Origin: Desulfobacteraceae bacterium
GTDB taxonomy: Bacteria > Desulfobacterota > Desulfobacteria > Desulfobacterales > Desulfosarcinaceae
Direction of reading: 5' to 3'
Assembly: GCA_027031325.1 (NCBI GenBank)
Contig: JALVRI010000576.1
Location: forward strand, 1-24,218
DNA length: 24,218 nucleotides
Every line of letters starts with the position of its first letter. Positions within the stretch are counted from its first letter, which is position 1. A program made the translations under genes and the position numbers. Positions 1-9,559 of this stretch are shown here, in pieces. The notes under the pieces were generated by a model. That model searched no databases. It was not told the DNA's origin and was given only the letters and a program-made list of their open reading frames with translations.

Positions 1-93
1 GCACAAAGGGCAGTCGGGGGACGGATCGGAAAGCCGTACCAGGGCCTCGAAGTCGTGGCCGCAGGCCGGGCACTTGAAATCGTACAGGGGCAT
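1..93 (-). CDS. FmdB-family zinc-ribbon protein (partial, runs off the left edge; absent from ORF track)
   Basis: Manual translation from ATG at 93: MPLYDFKCPACGHDFEALVRLSDPSPDCPLC..., matching the FmdB pattern MPxYxxxCxxCGxxFE...CPxC. SD GGGGAG lies 10 nt upstream; gene starts 7 nt after the hisHF stop. Confidence 0.9.
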   Translation of the reverse strand, partial: MPLYDFKCPACGHDFEALVRLSDPSPDCPLC

Positions 94-100
94 AGCGTTT

Positions 101-1681
101 TTACTCCCCGGCTTGATGTCTGATTTCAACCTTGTCGGCCAGGTATTGCTTGACCTGGCCGATGGGAACCTCGCCACGGTGAAAGATGCCGGCGGCCAGG
201 GCGGCTTCGGCCCCTGTCGCGCTAAACACCTGGTAAAAATGCTCCGGGCAGCCTGCACCGCTGGAGGCGATCACCGGAATCGAAACCGCTTCCTTGACGG
301 CATTGACCAGCTCAAGGTCGAAACCCTGGTTGGTGCCGTCGCGATCTATGCAATTGAGCAGGATTTCTCCGGCTCCCAGCTCCTGACAGATTTCGGCCAG
401 GGTGATTGCGTCCAGGGGACGTCCTTCCCGGCCGCCTTTTACCGTGCATTGGTACCAGCAGTGGCGTCTGCCGGCCGGATCGGGATAGCTGGTTTCGATA
501 ACCCGCCGGCCGGATGCCTCCGGGCCGTCCACGTAAACCCGGCGCGGATCGATGGAGATGACCACGGCCTGGTTGCCGTAGACCGAGGCGATCTGCTCGA
601 TGGCGCTGCTGCCCGGGCTGTGGTCGCCGGCCAGGTACCTTTCGGCCACCATGACCGCTTCAGATCCGATCGAAACCTTGTCGGCCCCGGAGCGGAAATA
701 GGCCGAAGCCACTTGAAGGGCCGACCACCGGCGGCCGCCTGAGTCGGTGTAGTCCCTGATTCCGCCGCCGATGGTCAGGGGAACAAAGACCTTTCGGCAA
801 GTGCGGCGGAGTACTTCCAGCATGGGCATGTCTTTGAGGGGAAAGTCCCTGAAACCGGTGATGTTGAGAAAGGTTATCTCGTCGGCCCCTTCCCGGTAAT
901 AGCGCCTGGCAAGTTCCACCGGTTTGCCAAGATTGCGCACCCGGCCTTTTTCGCGGACATCGTACTGGTCGCCCTTGGTGACCACCAGGTCTCCCCGGTC
1001 GTTGGCGCGCACGTCGAGGCAGGCGATGATCCGCTTGGCAAGCCGGGTGGGACAAGGGCGGTGTTGCGGCAGGCAGGGGGCCGGGTTGCGGATGAAGTTT
1101 TCAAGGATCCGGAGGCCGGCCGGTCCGCTTTTTTCCGGGTGAAACTGGGTGGCTACCAGGTTGCCGCGCTGGACGGCGCTGACAAAGGGATAGCCGTAGT
1201 CGGTGGTGGCCAGGACGTGGGAAACATCATCGCAGACGGCGTGGTAACTGTGGACAAAGTAGAATTTTTCGTCACCTTCCAGGCCGCAGAAAATCGGGCT
1301 GGCAGCCCTGGCCGTTATCCCGTTCCAGCCGATATGGGGTACGGCCAGATCGGTTTCGAAGCGCACGATGCGCCCCGGCAGGACCGACAGGCCCCGGATG
1401 CCGGGTGCTTCCCGGCTGCCTTCGAAAAGGGCCTGCAGTCCCAGGCAGATACCGAGAAAGGGACGGTCCTCCAGAAGGTATTTTTTCAATGCTTCTGCCA
1501 GGTGGCGGCGCTGAAGGGTTTCCATCATCTGTCCGAAGGAGCCGACCCCTGGAAAAACAAGCTTTTCGGCGGCCATGATGTCGGACGGCTTTTCCACCAG
1601 GCGCACCGTTTCGCCCAGGGTCTCGATGGCGTTGATGACGCTGCGCACGTTTCCGGCACCGTAATCGAGCAAGGTGATCAT
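101..1681 (-). CDS. hisHF: Fused imidazole glycerol phosphate synthase HisH-HisF (HIS7-like, 526 aa)
   Basis: N-terminal glutaminase: [24 protein letters not shown] (catalytic Cys), QFHPEKSG (His-x-Glu). C-terminal cyclase: [30 protein letters not shown]. Start moved from 1759 to ATG 1681 (MITLLDYG), where the domain begins. Confidence 0.95.
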   Translation of the reverse strand: MITLLDYGAGNVRSVINAIETLGETVRLVEKPSDIMAAEKLVFPGVGSFGQMMETLQRRHLAEALKKYLLEDRPFLGICLGLQALFEGSREAPGIRGLSVLPGRIVRFETDLAVPHIGWNGITARAASPIFCGLEGDEKFYFVHSYHAVCDDVSHVLATTDYGYPFVSAVQRGNLVATQFHPEKSGPAGLRILENFIRNPAPCLPQHRPCPTRLAKRIIACLDVRANDRGDLVVTKGDQYDVREKGRVRNLGKPVELARRYYREGADEITFLNITGFRDFPLKDMPMLEVLRRTCRKVFVPLTIGGGIRDYTDSGGRRWSALQVASAYFRSGADKVSIGSEAVMVAERYLAGDHSPGSSAIEQIASVYGNQAVVISIDPRRVYVDGPEASGRRVIETSYPDPAGRRHCWYQCTVKGGREGRPLDAITLAEICQELGAGEILLNCIDRDGTNQGFDLELVNAVKEAVSIPVIASSGAGCPEHFYQVFSATGAEAALAAGIFHRGEVPIGQVKQYLADKVEIRHQAGE

Positions 1682-1783
1682 GAGGGTTTTCCATCCTGAA
1701 TGTTGTCGTCTTGGAGTCCTGAAAATCTCCCTATTAACCCAGGAGCGGGATAAAGACAAGTACAGGCTTGCGGCCGCGGGCGA

Positions 1784-2674
1784 TCAACCTTTATCCAGGT
1801 TATACTTGGCGGCGTAACCCCGGGGGGTTACCATGAGGCCCTCCCATGCCCAGCTCTGGCTGTTGCCCACAAACACGGTGGTCTGCATGTCGACCGGGGC
1901 CTCCGGCAGGCCGGACAAGGTGGTGAGCAGGACGCTTTGATGGGGCCGTCCGGCTGAGGTCACGACCCCGGCCGGAGTGTCCGGGGATCGATGCTCCATT
2001 ATTATCCGGCAGGCTTTTTCGAGCCTGTCCCGGCGGCGCCGGCTGCGGGGGTTGTAAAGGACGATGACAAAATCGGCGGAGGCTGCGGCCGCCAGGCGTT
2101 TTTCGATAAGCGGCCAGGGGGTCAGCAGGTCACTCAGACTGATTGCGGCAAAATCGTGCATCAGGGGTGCTCCCAGCAGGGCGGCTCCGGCTGCCAGGGC
2201 CGGGATACCCGGTATGACCTCGATTGACAGGGTTGCCTGAGCCCCTCTGTCGCTTCCGGGACCCCGTCCGGCAAGCCGGACCTTTATTTCGCGCCGGCGA
2301 CATATTTCAAGTACCAGTCCGGCCAGGGCGTATATCCCGGGATCACCGCTGCAAACCAGGGCGCAGCTTTTGCCCGCGGCGGCAAGCTCGATGGCCCTGG
2401 CCGCGCGCTCGACTTCCTTGCGCATTCCGGTGGCCACCACCTGCTTGCCTGCAAGCAGGGGACGGATAAGCTCCACGTAAGTGGTGTAACCTACCACGGC
2501 ATCGACCGTTTCCAGGACCTGCCCGGCCCTGAGCGACATCAGCTCCGGGCTTCCCGGTCCCAGGCCTATCAGGTAGAGGCCCGGCGGGCAAGGGCCACTG
2601 TCACTTGCCTGGTTTTTTGCTTTTTGACCAGCAGGGGGCCGTTTCCGGCCGCCAGGATGGCTGCTGCTTCGCAT
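1784..2674 (-). CDS. cbiH: Precorrin-3B/cobalt-factor III C17-methyltransferase (CbiH/CobJ)
   Basis: LYLIGLGPG, VVGYTTY, SGDPGIY, HDFAAISLSDLLTPW, LYNPRS, DMQTTVFVGNS, TPRGY. The only upstream in-frame ATG (2674, preceded by GGGAG) lies inside cbiG, so the start is uncertain. Confidence 0.93.
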   Translation of the reverse strand: MRSSSHPGGRKRPPAGQKAKNQASDSGPCPPGLYLIGLGPGSPELMSLRAGQVLETVDAVVGYTTYVELIRPLLAGKQVVATGMRKEVERAARAIELAAAGKSCALVCSGDPGIYALAGLVLEICRRREIKVRLAGRGPGSDRGAQATLSIEVIPGIPALAAGAALLGAPLMHDFAAISLSDLLTPWPLIEKRLAAAASADFVIVLYNPRSRRRRDRLEKACRIIMEHRSPDTPAGVVTSAGRPHQSVLLTTLSGLPEAPVDMQTTVFVGNSQSWAWEGLMVTPRGYAAKYNLDKG

Positions 2675-3615
2675 ACGCTTTTTACTCCCACGTGTTTTTC
2701 GACCAGGGCCGAATGGGAGACCCGGTCTTCTACTGTTTTCAGATCAGCGGCGCTGAAAAAGACAAGCTCGGCGCAAAGTTCCTCTGCCAGGCGGGCGATC
2801 GACTCTTCGCGGCGCTTTACCTCGGCCGTGGCCACCCTGAAAATGCTTTCAGCCGCCAGTTGATACCTTTCAAGCACCTGGGCGAGTGCCCCGCGCAGCT
2901 CGGTGATGGAAGCGCCCTTGCGGCATCCCAGGCCGAGGGCGAGGCTGGGTGGATGGAGCAAAAGCCGGTCGGGGCCGGTTGGCAAGCGGGATTCGCTCAC
3001 CAGCACCAGGGGACGGCCGGCGGGAATTTGAGGGTCGGGACGATCGGTTTTTTCAAGGCCTGCCGGCAAGCTTCCGAGCCAGCCTTCAGGATCGTAGACC
3101 AGCGGTGCTATTCCCTGGATCATGGCCATGTTGACGGCCTTGATGGCCCCGGGATTGGCTATCACAAGGCCCCGTCCGGAGGCCAGGGTGTCGATGGCCG
3201 GCTTGCCGAGGCAGTCGGTTGCGGTGGTAATGACGGCCTGGGCGCCGGTCAAGGCGGCTATCCGGCGGGCAAGCCGGTTGGCCCCTCCCAGGTGACCGGA
3301 AACCAGGCTGATGGCCCAGCGGCCGGTTTCGTCCATGACCACAACGGCCGGGTCGGTCGTCTTGGATTGCAGCAAGCCGGCAAGCTGGCGTACGACTATG
3401 CCGGTTGCCATGATGAAGACATGGCCGTCGTAGCTGCCGAAGCTTGCCGCAAGGGACGGTGCCAGGCGCTCAAAACGGTTGGCCGGACGGTCGAAGTCCA
3501 CCCCGGCCGAAACGAAAAGATCGACCCGGGCGTCAAGCCCTGCAAGCCGCGCGGCAAGACGCGCGGCGCCCGGGGTCAGGGCCCAGACGGCTATTTTTTC
3601 CTTGGCCTCGCTCAT
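2569..3615 (-). CDS. cbiG: Cobalt-precorrin-5A hydrolase CbiG
   Basis: FIMATGIVVR, KTTDPAVVVMDE, SLVSGHLGGAN, VITTATD, LGLGCRKG, GVKSVCEAAA. Start set at ATG 3615, an ATGA overlap with the cbiF stop. Confidence 0.93.
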   Translation of the reverse strand: MSEAKEKIAVWALTPGAARLAARLAGLDARVDLFVSAGVDFDRPANRFERLAPSLAASFGSYDGHVFIMATGIVVRQLAGLLQSKTTDPAVVVMDETGRWAISLVSGHLGGANRLARRIAALTGAQAVITTATDCLGKPAIDTLASGRGLVIANPGAIKAVNMAMIQGIAPLVYDPEGWLGSLPAGLEKTDRPDPQIPAGRPLVLVSESRLPTGPDRLLLHPPSLALGLGCRKGASITELRGALAQVLERYQLAAESIFRVATAEVKRREESIARLAEELCAELVFFSAADLKTVEDRVSHSALVEKHVGVKSVCEAAAILAAGNGPLLVKKQKTRQVTVALARRAST

Positions 3616-4400
3616 GATGATTCCGCTTTGGCGGTTCTGAAACCGTGGGAAAAGGTCCCGCAATAAAGGCGCGACGGTTTGACCTTTCCTGCTGCCAGGG
3701 CCGGGCTGACTATCACCAGGGCCTGGCGGTCGATCCCGGCCTGCTTGGCGCTGGCGGCAAGGTCCCTGACGCAGGTGATGAGGATCTGCTGGTCGGGCCA
3801 GCTGGCGCGATAGACGAGCGCGCAAGGGGTCTCGGGACCGTAAGCTGCCTGGAGGGAGGCTGAAACCTTGTCCAGCAGGCCGGCCGAAAGGTAAATCGCC
3901 ATGGAGGTTTTGTGGGCCGCCAGGTCTGCCAGGGCTTCAGCTTCGGGAACCGGGGTGCGCCCGGCAACGCGGGTCAGGATCAGGCTCTGGCAAACCTCCG
4001 GCAGGGTGTATTCCAGGCCCAGGGCCGCGGCGGCGGCAAAGGCGGCCGTTACCCCCGGGATGATCCGCCAGGGTATCCGCCTCGATTCCAGGGCCTGGAT
4101 CTGTTCCGCCATGGCTCCGTAAAGGCTTGGATCACCGGTATGCAGCCGGACCACCTTTTCGCCCCTCGACCAGGCCGCAGCCATCAGTTCCACGATTTCA
4201 TCAAGGTCCAGGCCGGCGCTGTCCACGCACCGCGCCCGCAAGGCCCAGCCAAGCATCTGCTCCGGGACCAGGGACCCGGTGTAAACCACCAGGTCGGCCC
4301 CCTCCAGTGCCCGGCGGCCCTTGACGGTGATCAGTTCAGGGTCGCCGGGGCCTGCCCCGCAAAAGATTATCGGGTTTGATTCTTTTACATTTTCAGGCAT
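3612..4400 (-). CDS. cbiF: Cobalt-precorrin-4 C11-methyltransferase (CbiF/CobM)
   Basis: FCGAGPGDPELITVKG, YTGSLV, VRLHTGDPSLYGA, IPGVTA, ELTLPEVCQS-like LEYTLPEVCQSLILTR, YRASWPDQ, SRLY...FSHGFR. Confidence 0.95.
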   Translation of the reverse strand: MPENVKESNPIIFCGAGPGDPELITVKGRRALEGADLVVYTGSLVPEQMLGWALRARCVDSAGLDLDEIVELMAAAWSRGEKVVRLHTGDPSLYGAMAEQIQALESRRIPWRIIPGVTAAFAAAAALGLEYTLPEVCQSLILTRVAGRTPVPEAEALADLAAHKTSMAIYLSAGLLDKVSASLQAAYGPETPCALVYRASWPDQQILITCVRDLAASAKQAGIDRQALVIVSPALAAGKVKPSRLYCGTFSHGFRTAKAESS

Positions 4401-5634
4401 TTGTATCTCCGGGTGAGTCTTTCCTGATGGCCTGGATTATCCAGACCGGGTTGCCGGCCGCAAAGCGCAAACCTTCTCCAAGGGGTCGGCCGTAGGAAAC
4501 CTGGACCTGGACGGCCTCGGCCTGCCAGCCGGCCTTTTTGAAAAACGCCAGGCTCGCCTCCAGGCTGGAGAGCAGGACCGTGTTGACCACCACAACCGCG
4601 TCCGGGTTGGTCCTTGCGGCGACCACTTCAAGAATGGCCGTAAGTTGCCGGCCGCCGCCGCCGATAAAAACCCGGTCGGCCGGAGGCAACCGGTCCAGGC
4701 CTGCCGGCATCACGGCCCTTACCGCGGTGACGTTGGAGGCTTTCAGGCGCCGGCAGTTGCTTTCCAACTGGGCAAGCCGGCCGGCATCTTTCTCGACCGC
4801 AAAGATCCTTCCCTTGTAGGCCAACACCCCGGCCTCAATGGCCACCGCTCCGCTTCCGGCTCCAAGGTCCCAGACCACGGCCTCGGGAAAAAGGCGCAGG
4901 CGGGCCAGGGAAACGGCCCGCACCTCGGACTTGGTGATCATGGCCTCCCGGCGGACAAACCAGTTGTCAGGCATTCCGAAAAAAGGAACCCCGGTCAACG
5001 GGGTGTCATCCGCTTGCACCAGGATCACCATGTTGGGCTCACTGAATTTCATCCCGGACGCTTCGGCCAGGGTGAAGGAGCGGACTTTTTCGGCGGATGT
5101 TCCCAGTTGCTCGAGGACCCACATCCTGAAGCGGACGGCTCCCCAGGCAAGGGCCCGGCGGGCCACCCAGGCCGGGTCGTGGTCGGGATCGGTGAAAACC
5201 GCCACCTTGGAGCTTTGGGAGAGGGCCTTGCGAAGTTTGCCGGAGTCCCTGCGGCCGTGGCAACTGACAAAGGCCGCATCGTGCCAGGGCAGCTTGAGGC
5301 GGGCGAAGGCCGCCGCCAGGGCGCTGACATTGGGGTGGATTTCAACCCGGTCCGGTCCCAGGGTTGCGGCCAGGTAAGCGCCGATACCGAAAAAAAGCGG
5401 GTCCCCCGAGGCCAGGACTACGATCCTGGCACGGGTCATCTCTTGCCGGAGAAAATCCACCAGGCCGCCAAGATCGCGATCGATGACCTTTTTGGCGCAG
5501 TCCAGGTCCCGGAAAAATTCAAGCAGGCGGGCACCGCCCACCAGTACGTCGGCCTGCCGGATAATTTCCCGCTGCCTTTGGGTAAGATCGTCGGCTGAAA
5601 GGCCGATTCCAATTATATCGATATGATGTCGCAT
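4393..5634 (-). CDS. cbiET: Bifunctional cobalt-precorrin-7 C5-methyltransferase / cobalt-precorrin-6B C15-methyltransferase (CbiE-CbiT, CobL-like)
   Basis: N-half: IIGIG, VVLASGDPLFFGIG, SCHGR. C-half: MITKSEVRAVSLARL, WDLGAGSGAVAIE, DRVFIGGGG. Confidence 0.93.
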   Translation of the reverse strand: MRHHIDIIGIGLSADDLTQRQREIIRQADVLVGGARLLEFFRDLDCAKKVIDRDLGGLVDFLRQEMTRARIVVLASGDPLFFGIGAYLAATLGPDRVEIHPNVSALAAAFARLKLPWHDAAFVSCHGRRDSGKLRKALSQSSKVAVFTDPDHDPAWVARRALAWGAVRFRMWVLEQLGTSAEKVRSFTLAEASGMKFSEPNMVILVQADDTPLTGVPFFGMPDNWFVRREAMITKSEVRAVSLARLRLFPEAVVWDLGAGSGAVAIEAGVLAYKGRIFAVEKDAGRLAQLESNCRRLKASNVTAVRAVMPAGLDRLPPADRVFIGGGGRQLTAILEVVAARTNPDAVVVVNTVLLSSLEASLAFFKKAGWQAEAVQVQVSYGRPLGEGLRFAAGNPVWIIQAIRKDSPGDTNA

Positions 5635-5652
5635 AATACCATAATCACTGCT

Positions 5653-6795
5653 TTAAGTATTGGGTGACGGCCGGGGCATACGCCTGGTGCCTCTTTGACC
5701 ATGGTAAACCAGCTTGCCTTCAAAATCAAAGATCACGGCTTCGAGGCTTGTCCGGGAGGGACAGCAGCCTGCGGCGGAAGCCAGGAGGCGCTTTCCCACG
5801 GCCGCGATGGCCCGCGGGTGCCGGGCGCGGATGATGTCGAAGGCCTGGCGGGCCGTGTTGCAGGCCGAAACCAGGCGTGCAAGCTCATCACCGCCACCTG
5901 CCTGCCGGCACCAGTCTGCCAGGGCCTTCATGTCCACCGGGCCCTTGTCGGCGTGGGTATGGGCCAGACCCTGGGCCATTTTGACCGCCTTGCCGAAAAA
6001 GACCGCCAGGACAACAAGGCCGAATCCCCGCCTGCAAGCTTGCTCAAGGGAAAAGGCGAAAAAATCGCCCATCTGGACGAAGGCGGTTTCATCTATTTGT
6101 GGCCAGAGGCCCTGGGCGAAACGTTCACTGCGGCGCCCGGTGGTCAGGACGACCTGGTCCAGTCCCACGGCCCGTGCAACGGCCATGGCCTTTTCGATGG
6201 TGGCCTTGTAGGCCGCGTGGGACATGGGTCTTACGATACCGGTCGTGCCCAGGATCGAAATTCCGTCCAGGATACCAAGACGCGCGTTGAGGGTTTTGCG
6301 GGCCAGCTTTTTGCCATCCGGAACGAATACTTCCACGGTGATATCCAGGTCACCGGCTTGGGGGGGCAGCTCGGAGCGCACCTCGTTTTCGATCATCCGC
6401 TTGGGACCGGAGGTGATGGCCGGGTGGCCCACGGCAACCTCGAGCCCCGGCTTGGTCACCCGGCCGACTCCCGGGCCGCCGGTTATTATGACCCGGCCCC
6501 TTCCCGGGCGATGGAGGGTGACCACGGTCCCGATGCGGGCCTTGTGGGTGACATCGGGGTCGTCGCCGGCATCCTTGATGACTTCGGCCAGGGCGCGCTT
6601 GGGGCCTAGTCGGCGGCAGGCGGCAATGGCGATGGCGCCCCGGCTTCCGTCGAGAAAAGAGATTGAAACCTCGGCGGGAGCAGCTCCGCCCATCAAGAGC
6701 CTGGTGGCCGCCTTGGCGGCGGCGGCCGCCGCCGCCCCGGTGGTAAAACCGGATCGCAGGCGTTTTTGGGGTTTGGCGCCGGTTGAAGGAGTCAT
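5653..6795 (-). CDS. cbiD: Cobalt-precorrin-5B C1-methyltransferase CbiD
   Basis: LRSGFTTGAAAAAAAKAA, KDAGDDPDVTH, GVGRVTKPGL, TLNARLGILDGISILGTTGIVRPMS. ATGA overlap with cbiL. Confidence 0.95.
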   Translation of the reverse strand: MTPSTGAKPQKRLRSGFTTGAAAAAAAKAATRLLMGGAAPAEVSISFLDGSRGAIAIAACRRLGPKRALAEVIKDAGDDPDVTHKARIGTVVTLHRPGRGRVIITGGPGVGRVTKPGLEVAVGHPAITSGPKRMIENEVRSELPPQAGDLDITVEVFVPDGKKLARKTLNARLGILDGISILGTTGIVRPMSHAAYKATIEKAMAVARAVGLDQVVLTTGRRSERFAQGLWPQIDETAFVQMGDFFAFSLEQACRRGFGLVVLAVFFGKAVKMAQGLAHTHADKGPVDMKALADWCRQAGGGDELARLVSACNTARQAFDIIRARHPRAIAAVGKRLLASAAGCCPSRTSLEAVIFDFEGKLVYHGQRGTRRMPRPSPNT

Positions 6796-7502
6796 TTCTT
6801 GGCTATTACCAGGGTCCAGTAGCCCGGCCGCAGTTCTGCCAGCTCGCGGACATCCTGGATTACCTTTTCATCAGCCATCCCCAGGTTGGAGATCGCCACG
6901 CTGGCAGGGAGCATTTCAGCTTCTTCCAGGGCTGCCAGGATATCTGTTGTATTGCGATAAGCCTTTAGGATAACAACATTTTCAGCACAGGCACATGCTC
7001 GTCGGAGATTGTCGCCGCCCTCTGCCCCGGAAACCACCAGCAACGACTGCTCGCCCTCGACCAGGGGCAGGTTGATTCTGGCGGCCGCCGCCTGGTAGGA
7101 GGTGATACCGGGTATGGTGATGACCCGGGTGGCGGGTGAAATTTCACGGATTGCCTGGAGGATATAACCGTAGGTGGCATAGGTCAGGCAATCGCCCAGG
7201 GTGATGAAAGCCGCGTTACGGCCGCGGCGAAGCTCGCCGATGATGGTCCGGGCGTGGCGCCGCCAACTTTCCTGTTTTTGGACCGGATCCTTGGTCATGG
7301 GAAACGACAGCATGTGGACCCGGGCCGTTTCCGGAAGGTGGGGACGGACGATTTCAACGGCCCGGCTGTGCAGATTCTTGGTGGATGAAGCGGCGAAGAT
7401 CAGGTCCACCTTGTTGAGTATCTTGACCGCCTTGACCGGGATGAGATCCGGGTCTCCCGGTCCGACCCCGATTCCGTAAAGTGTGCCGTTGGCTTGGTTC
7501 AT
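6792..7502 (-). CDS. cbiL: Precorrin-2/cobalt-factor II C20-methyltransferase (CbiL/CobI)
   Basis: GTLYGIGVGPGDPDLIPVKA, FPMTKD, FITLGD..YATY, IPGITSY, VILKAY. ATG 7502 is coupled to the cbiC stop (TGATG); TTG 7505 is an alternative start. Confidence 0.93.
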   Translation of the reverse strand: MNQANGTLYGIGVGPGDPDLIPVKAVKILNKVDLIFAASSTKNLHSRAVEIVRPHLPETARVHMLSFPMTKDPVQKQESWRRHARTIIGELRRGRNAAFITLGDCLTYATYGYILQAIREISPATRVITIPGITSYQAAAARINLPLVEGEQSLLVVSGAEGGDNLRRACACAENVVILKAYRNTTDILAALEEAEMLPASVAISNLGMADEKVIQDVRELAELRPGYWTLVIAKK

Positions 7503-8149
7503 CAAAGCTGTTCCCGTGTTGTCTTTGGTTCAGGTTCGGTTGCGATTGCCAGCAGGGCCAGGGCGTTTACCACGGCGGCGGCGACGTTGGATCCTCCCTT
7601 GCGGCCCAGGTTGGAAATCCAGGGCAGGTCCAATTCCATCAGCTTTGCCTTGGACTCGGCGGCGTTGACGAAACCGACCGGCAAGCCGATGACCAGGTCC
7701 GGAAGGAGCTTTTCGGCCGATACCAGCTCGATAAGGCGCAACAGGGCCGTGGGAGCGTTGCCGACCACCCAGATTCCGCCGTCGCCCCGGCCGGCCTCCA
7801 GGTCCACAGCCGCCCTGGCCCTGGTGGTTTGCATTTCAGCCGCCGCTGTCGCCACCTCCGGGTTGGCCATTTGACAACTTACGCGGCAGCCGAACTTTTC
7901 GACGGCCTGACGGCGGATGCCCATGCCGGCCATGTTGGTGTCGGTGATTATGCGCGCCCCGGAGCAAATGGCACTAATTCCGGCATCGATGGCCCCGGGA
8001 TGAAAACGGATCATCTCCAGCCATTCGAAATCGGCCGTGGTGTGAATCACCCGTCGCACTACCTGCCAGGTGCGCTGGTCATAACCGTGGTCGCCGGCCT
8101 CGGCGTCAATAATTGCAAAACTTCGTTTTTCTATTTCTTCCGGTAACAT
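7502..8149 (-). CDS. cbiC: Precorrin-8X/cobalt-precorrin-8 methylmutase (CbiC/CobH)
   Basis: PEEIEKRSFAII, RRVIHTTADFE, VGNAPTAL, IGLPVGFVNAAESK, GRKGGSNVAAAVVNAL. SD AAGGA upstream. Confidence 0.96.
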   Translation of the reverse strand: MLPEEIEKRSFAIIDAEAGDHGYDQRTWQVVRRVIHTTADFEWLEMIRFHPGAIDAGISAICSGARIITDTNMAGMGIRRQAVEKFGCRVSCQMANPEVATAAAEMQTTRARAAVDLEAGRGDGGIWVVGNAPTALLRLIELVSAEKLLPDLVIGLPVGFVNAAESKAKLMELDLPWISNLGRKGGSNVAAAVVNALALLAIATEPEPKTTREQL

Positions 8150-8166
8150 AACAATTCCTTTTTAAA

Positions 8167-9546
8167 TCATTGCTTCAATTTACGATAATCGAGGCAACTT
8201 GCCACCAGGGACGCTGCCGCCTCCGGACAGCTTCCCAAGTGAAGGTGGACATAGCTGCCCAGGGTACGGCCCAGGGCGTATCCTGCGGCCGGGCAAGCGC
8301 GTCCCAGCTTGTCTTCGACCTGGTAGACCTTCAAAATATTCTCATCCTCTTTGACGACCCGGGAATAATGAAATTCATGGCCCCTTACCTGCTGCCCGGC
8401 AGGTCCCAGGATGGTGGTTGCCTGAAAGGTTACCCGGCGGTAGCCCAGACGACGTAGCTTTTTTTGCATCTCGAAGTCAAGGGGCAGGCAGGCGCACATT
8501 TTGTGGCGTTTTCCTTCCAGGTCGACAATACTGCGGCCCAGGTACATCAAGCCCCCGCACTCGGCGTAGATGGGCATGCCCGCGCGGCTTGCCGTCAGGA
8601 TCCGGTGTCTCAAATCACGGTTGGCCTCCAGCTCTGCGGCCCGCAGCTCGGGGTATCCGCCGCCAAGGTAAATCCCGTCGATATCCTCCGGGAGCCTTGA
8701 ATCGGAAAGGGGTGAAAAATAAACCAGGTGGGCCCCGGCCTTTGCAAGCAGCTCGAGGTTGTCCTGGTAATAGAAACAGAAGGCCGGGTCGCGGGCCACC
8801 GCCAGGCGGACAGAGGGGCTGGAAGAAGATGGCCGGGTGGCCGGAGCCTGCGTATCGATTTCCGGGAGGCTGTCAAGGAGCCGGTCCAGGTCGATCGCTT
8901 TTTCAACCATCGCGGCCAGGGCCTCCAGCCTATGGTCTCCAAGGGGTGAATCCTGGACGGTTACCAGTCCCAGGTGACGCTCGTCCATGGCCAGACAAGG
9001 GTCGCGCGGGATAAATCCCAGCGGGGGAGGAAGCCGGGAGCCCTCAAGGGCGCTTTCCAGGTGGCGGCGGTGAACCGGGCTGCCGACACGGTTGAAGATC
9101 ACCCCGGCAAGCTTGAGCCCGGGATCGAAGTCCGCAAAGCCATGAATCAGGGCGGCCGCGCTTCGGGCCATCCGGGCGGCGTCCACCACCAGGATTACCG
9201 GCAAACCCAGCCATTTGGCCATTTGGGCCGTCGAGCCGTTTTCAGCGGCCCCGTCGGCGCTGTCGAAAAGCCCCATGACGCCCTCTACCACCGCCACGTC
9301 CGCACCGGCGGCATGGCGTCGGAAACATTCAAGGTTGTAGCTTTGGGACAACATCCAGCCATCCAGGTTGCGGCTTGGACGGCCGCAAACCAGGCCGTGG
9401 TGACCGGGGTCGATGAAATCGGGCCCGATCTTGAAAGGCGCGACCCGCAGGCCGCGTCGCACCAGGGCCGCCATCAGCCCGAGGCTGACTGTGGTTTTGC
9501 CTGATCCGCTCATGGGAGCGGCGATCACCAGGGCCTTGGGTGCCAC
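8167..9546 (-). CDS. cbiA: Cobyrinate a,c-diamide synthase (CbiA/CobB)
   Basis: SGSGKTT, FKIGPDFIDP, VEGVMGLFD, AFCFYY, YLGGGYPE, YAECGGLMYL, GHEFHYS, SYVHLH. GTG start with SD GGGGAG. Confidence 0.96.
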   Translation of the reverse strand: MAPKALVIAAPMSGSGKTTVSLGLMAALVRRGLRVAPFKIGPDFIDPGHHGLVCGRPSRNLDGWMLSQSYNLECFRRHAAGADVAVVEGVMGLFDSADGAAENGSTAQMAKWLGLPVILVVDAARMARSAAALIHGFADFDPGLKLAGVIFNRVGSPVHRRHLESALEGSRLPPPLGFIPRDPCLAMDERHLGLVTVQDSPLGDHRLEALAAMVEKAIDLDRLLDSLPEIDTQAPATRPSSSSPSVRLAVARDPAFCFYYQDNLELLAKAGAHLVYFSPLSDSRLPEDIDGIYLGGGYPELRAAELEANRDLRHRILTASRAGMPIYAECGGLMYLGRSIVDLEGKRHKMCACLPLDFEMQKKLRRLGYRRVTFQATTILGPAGQQVRGHEFHYSRVVKEDENILKVYQVEDKLGRACPAAGYALGRTLGSYVHLHLGSCPEAAASLVASCLDYRKLKQ

Positions 9547-9559
9547 CTGAACTCCCCTT

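Noticed and set aside
1728-1737. TTAATAGGGA (minus strand) upstream of hisHF, identical to 10 nt of the riboswitch core at 12725-12734
   Set aside because: None of the other B12-element motifs follow and there is too little space; likely coincidence.
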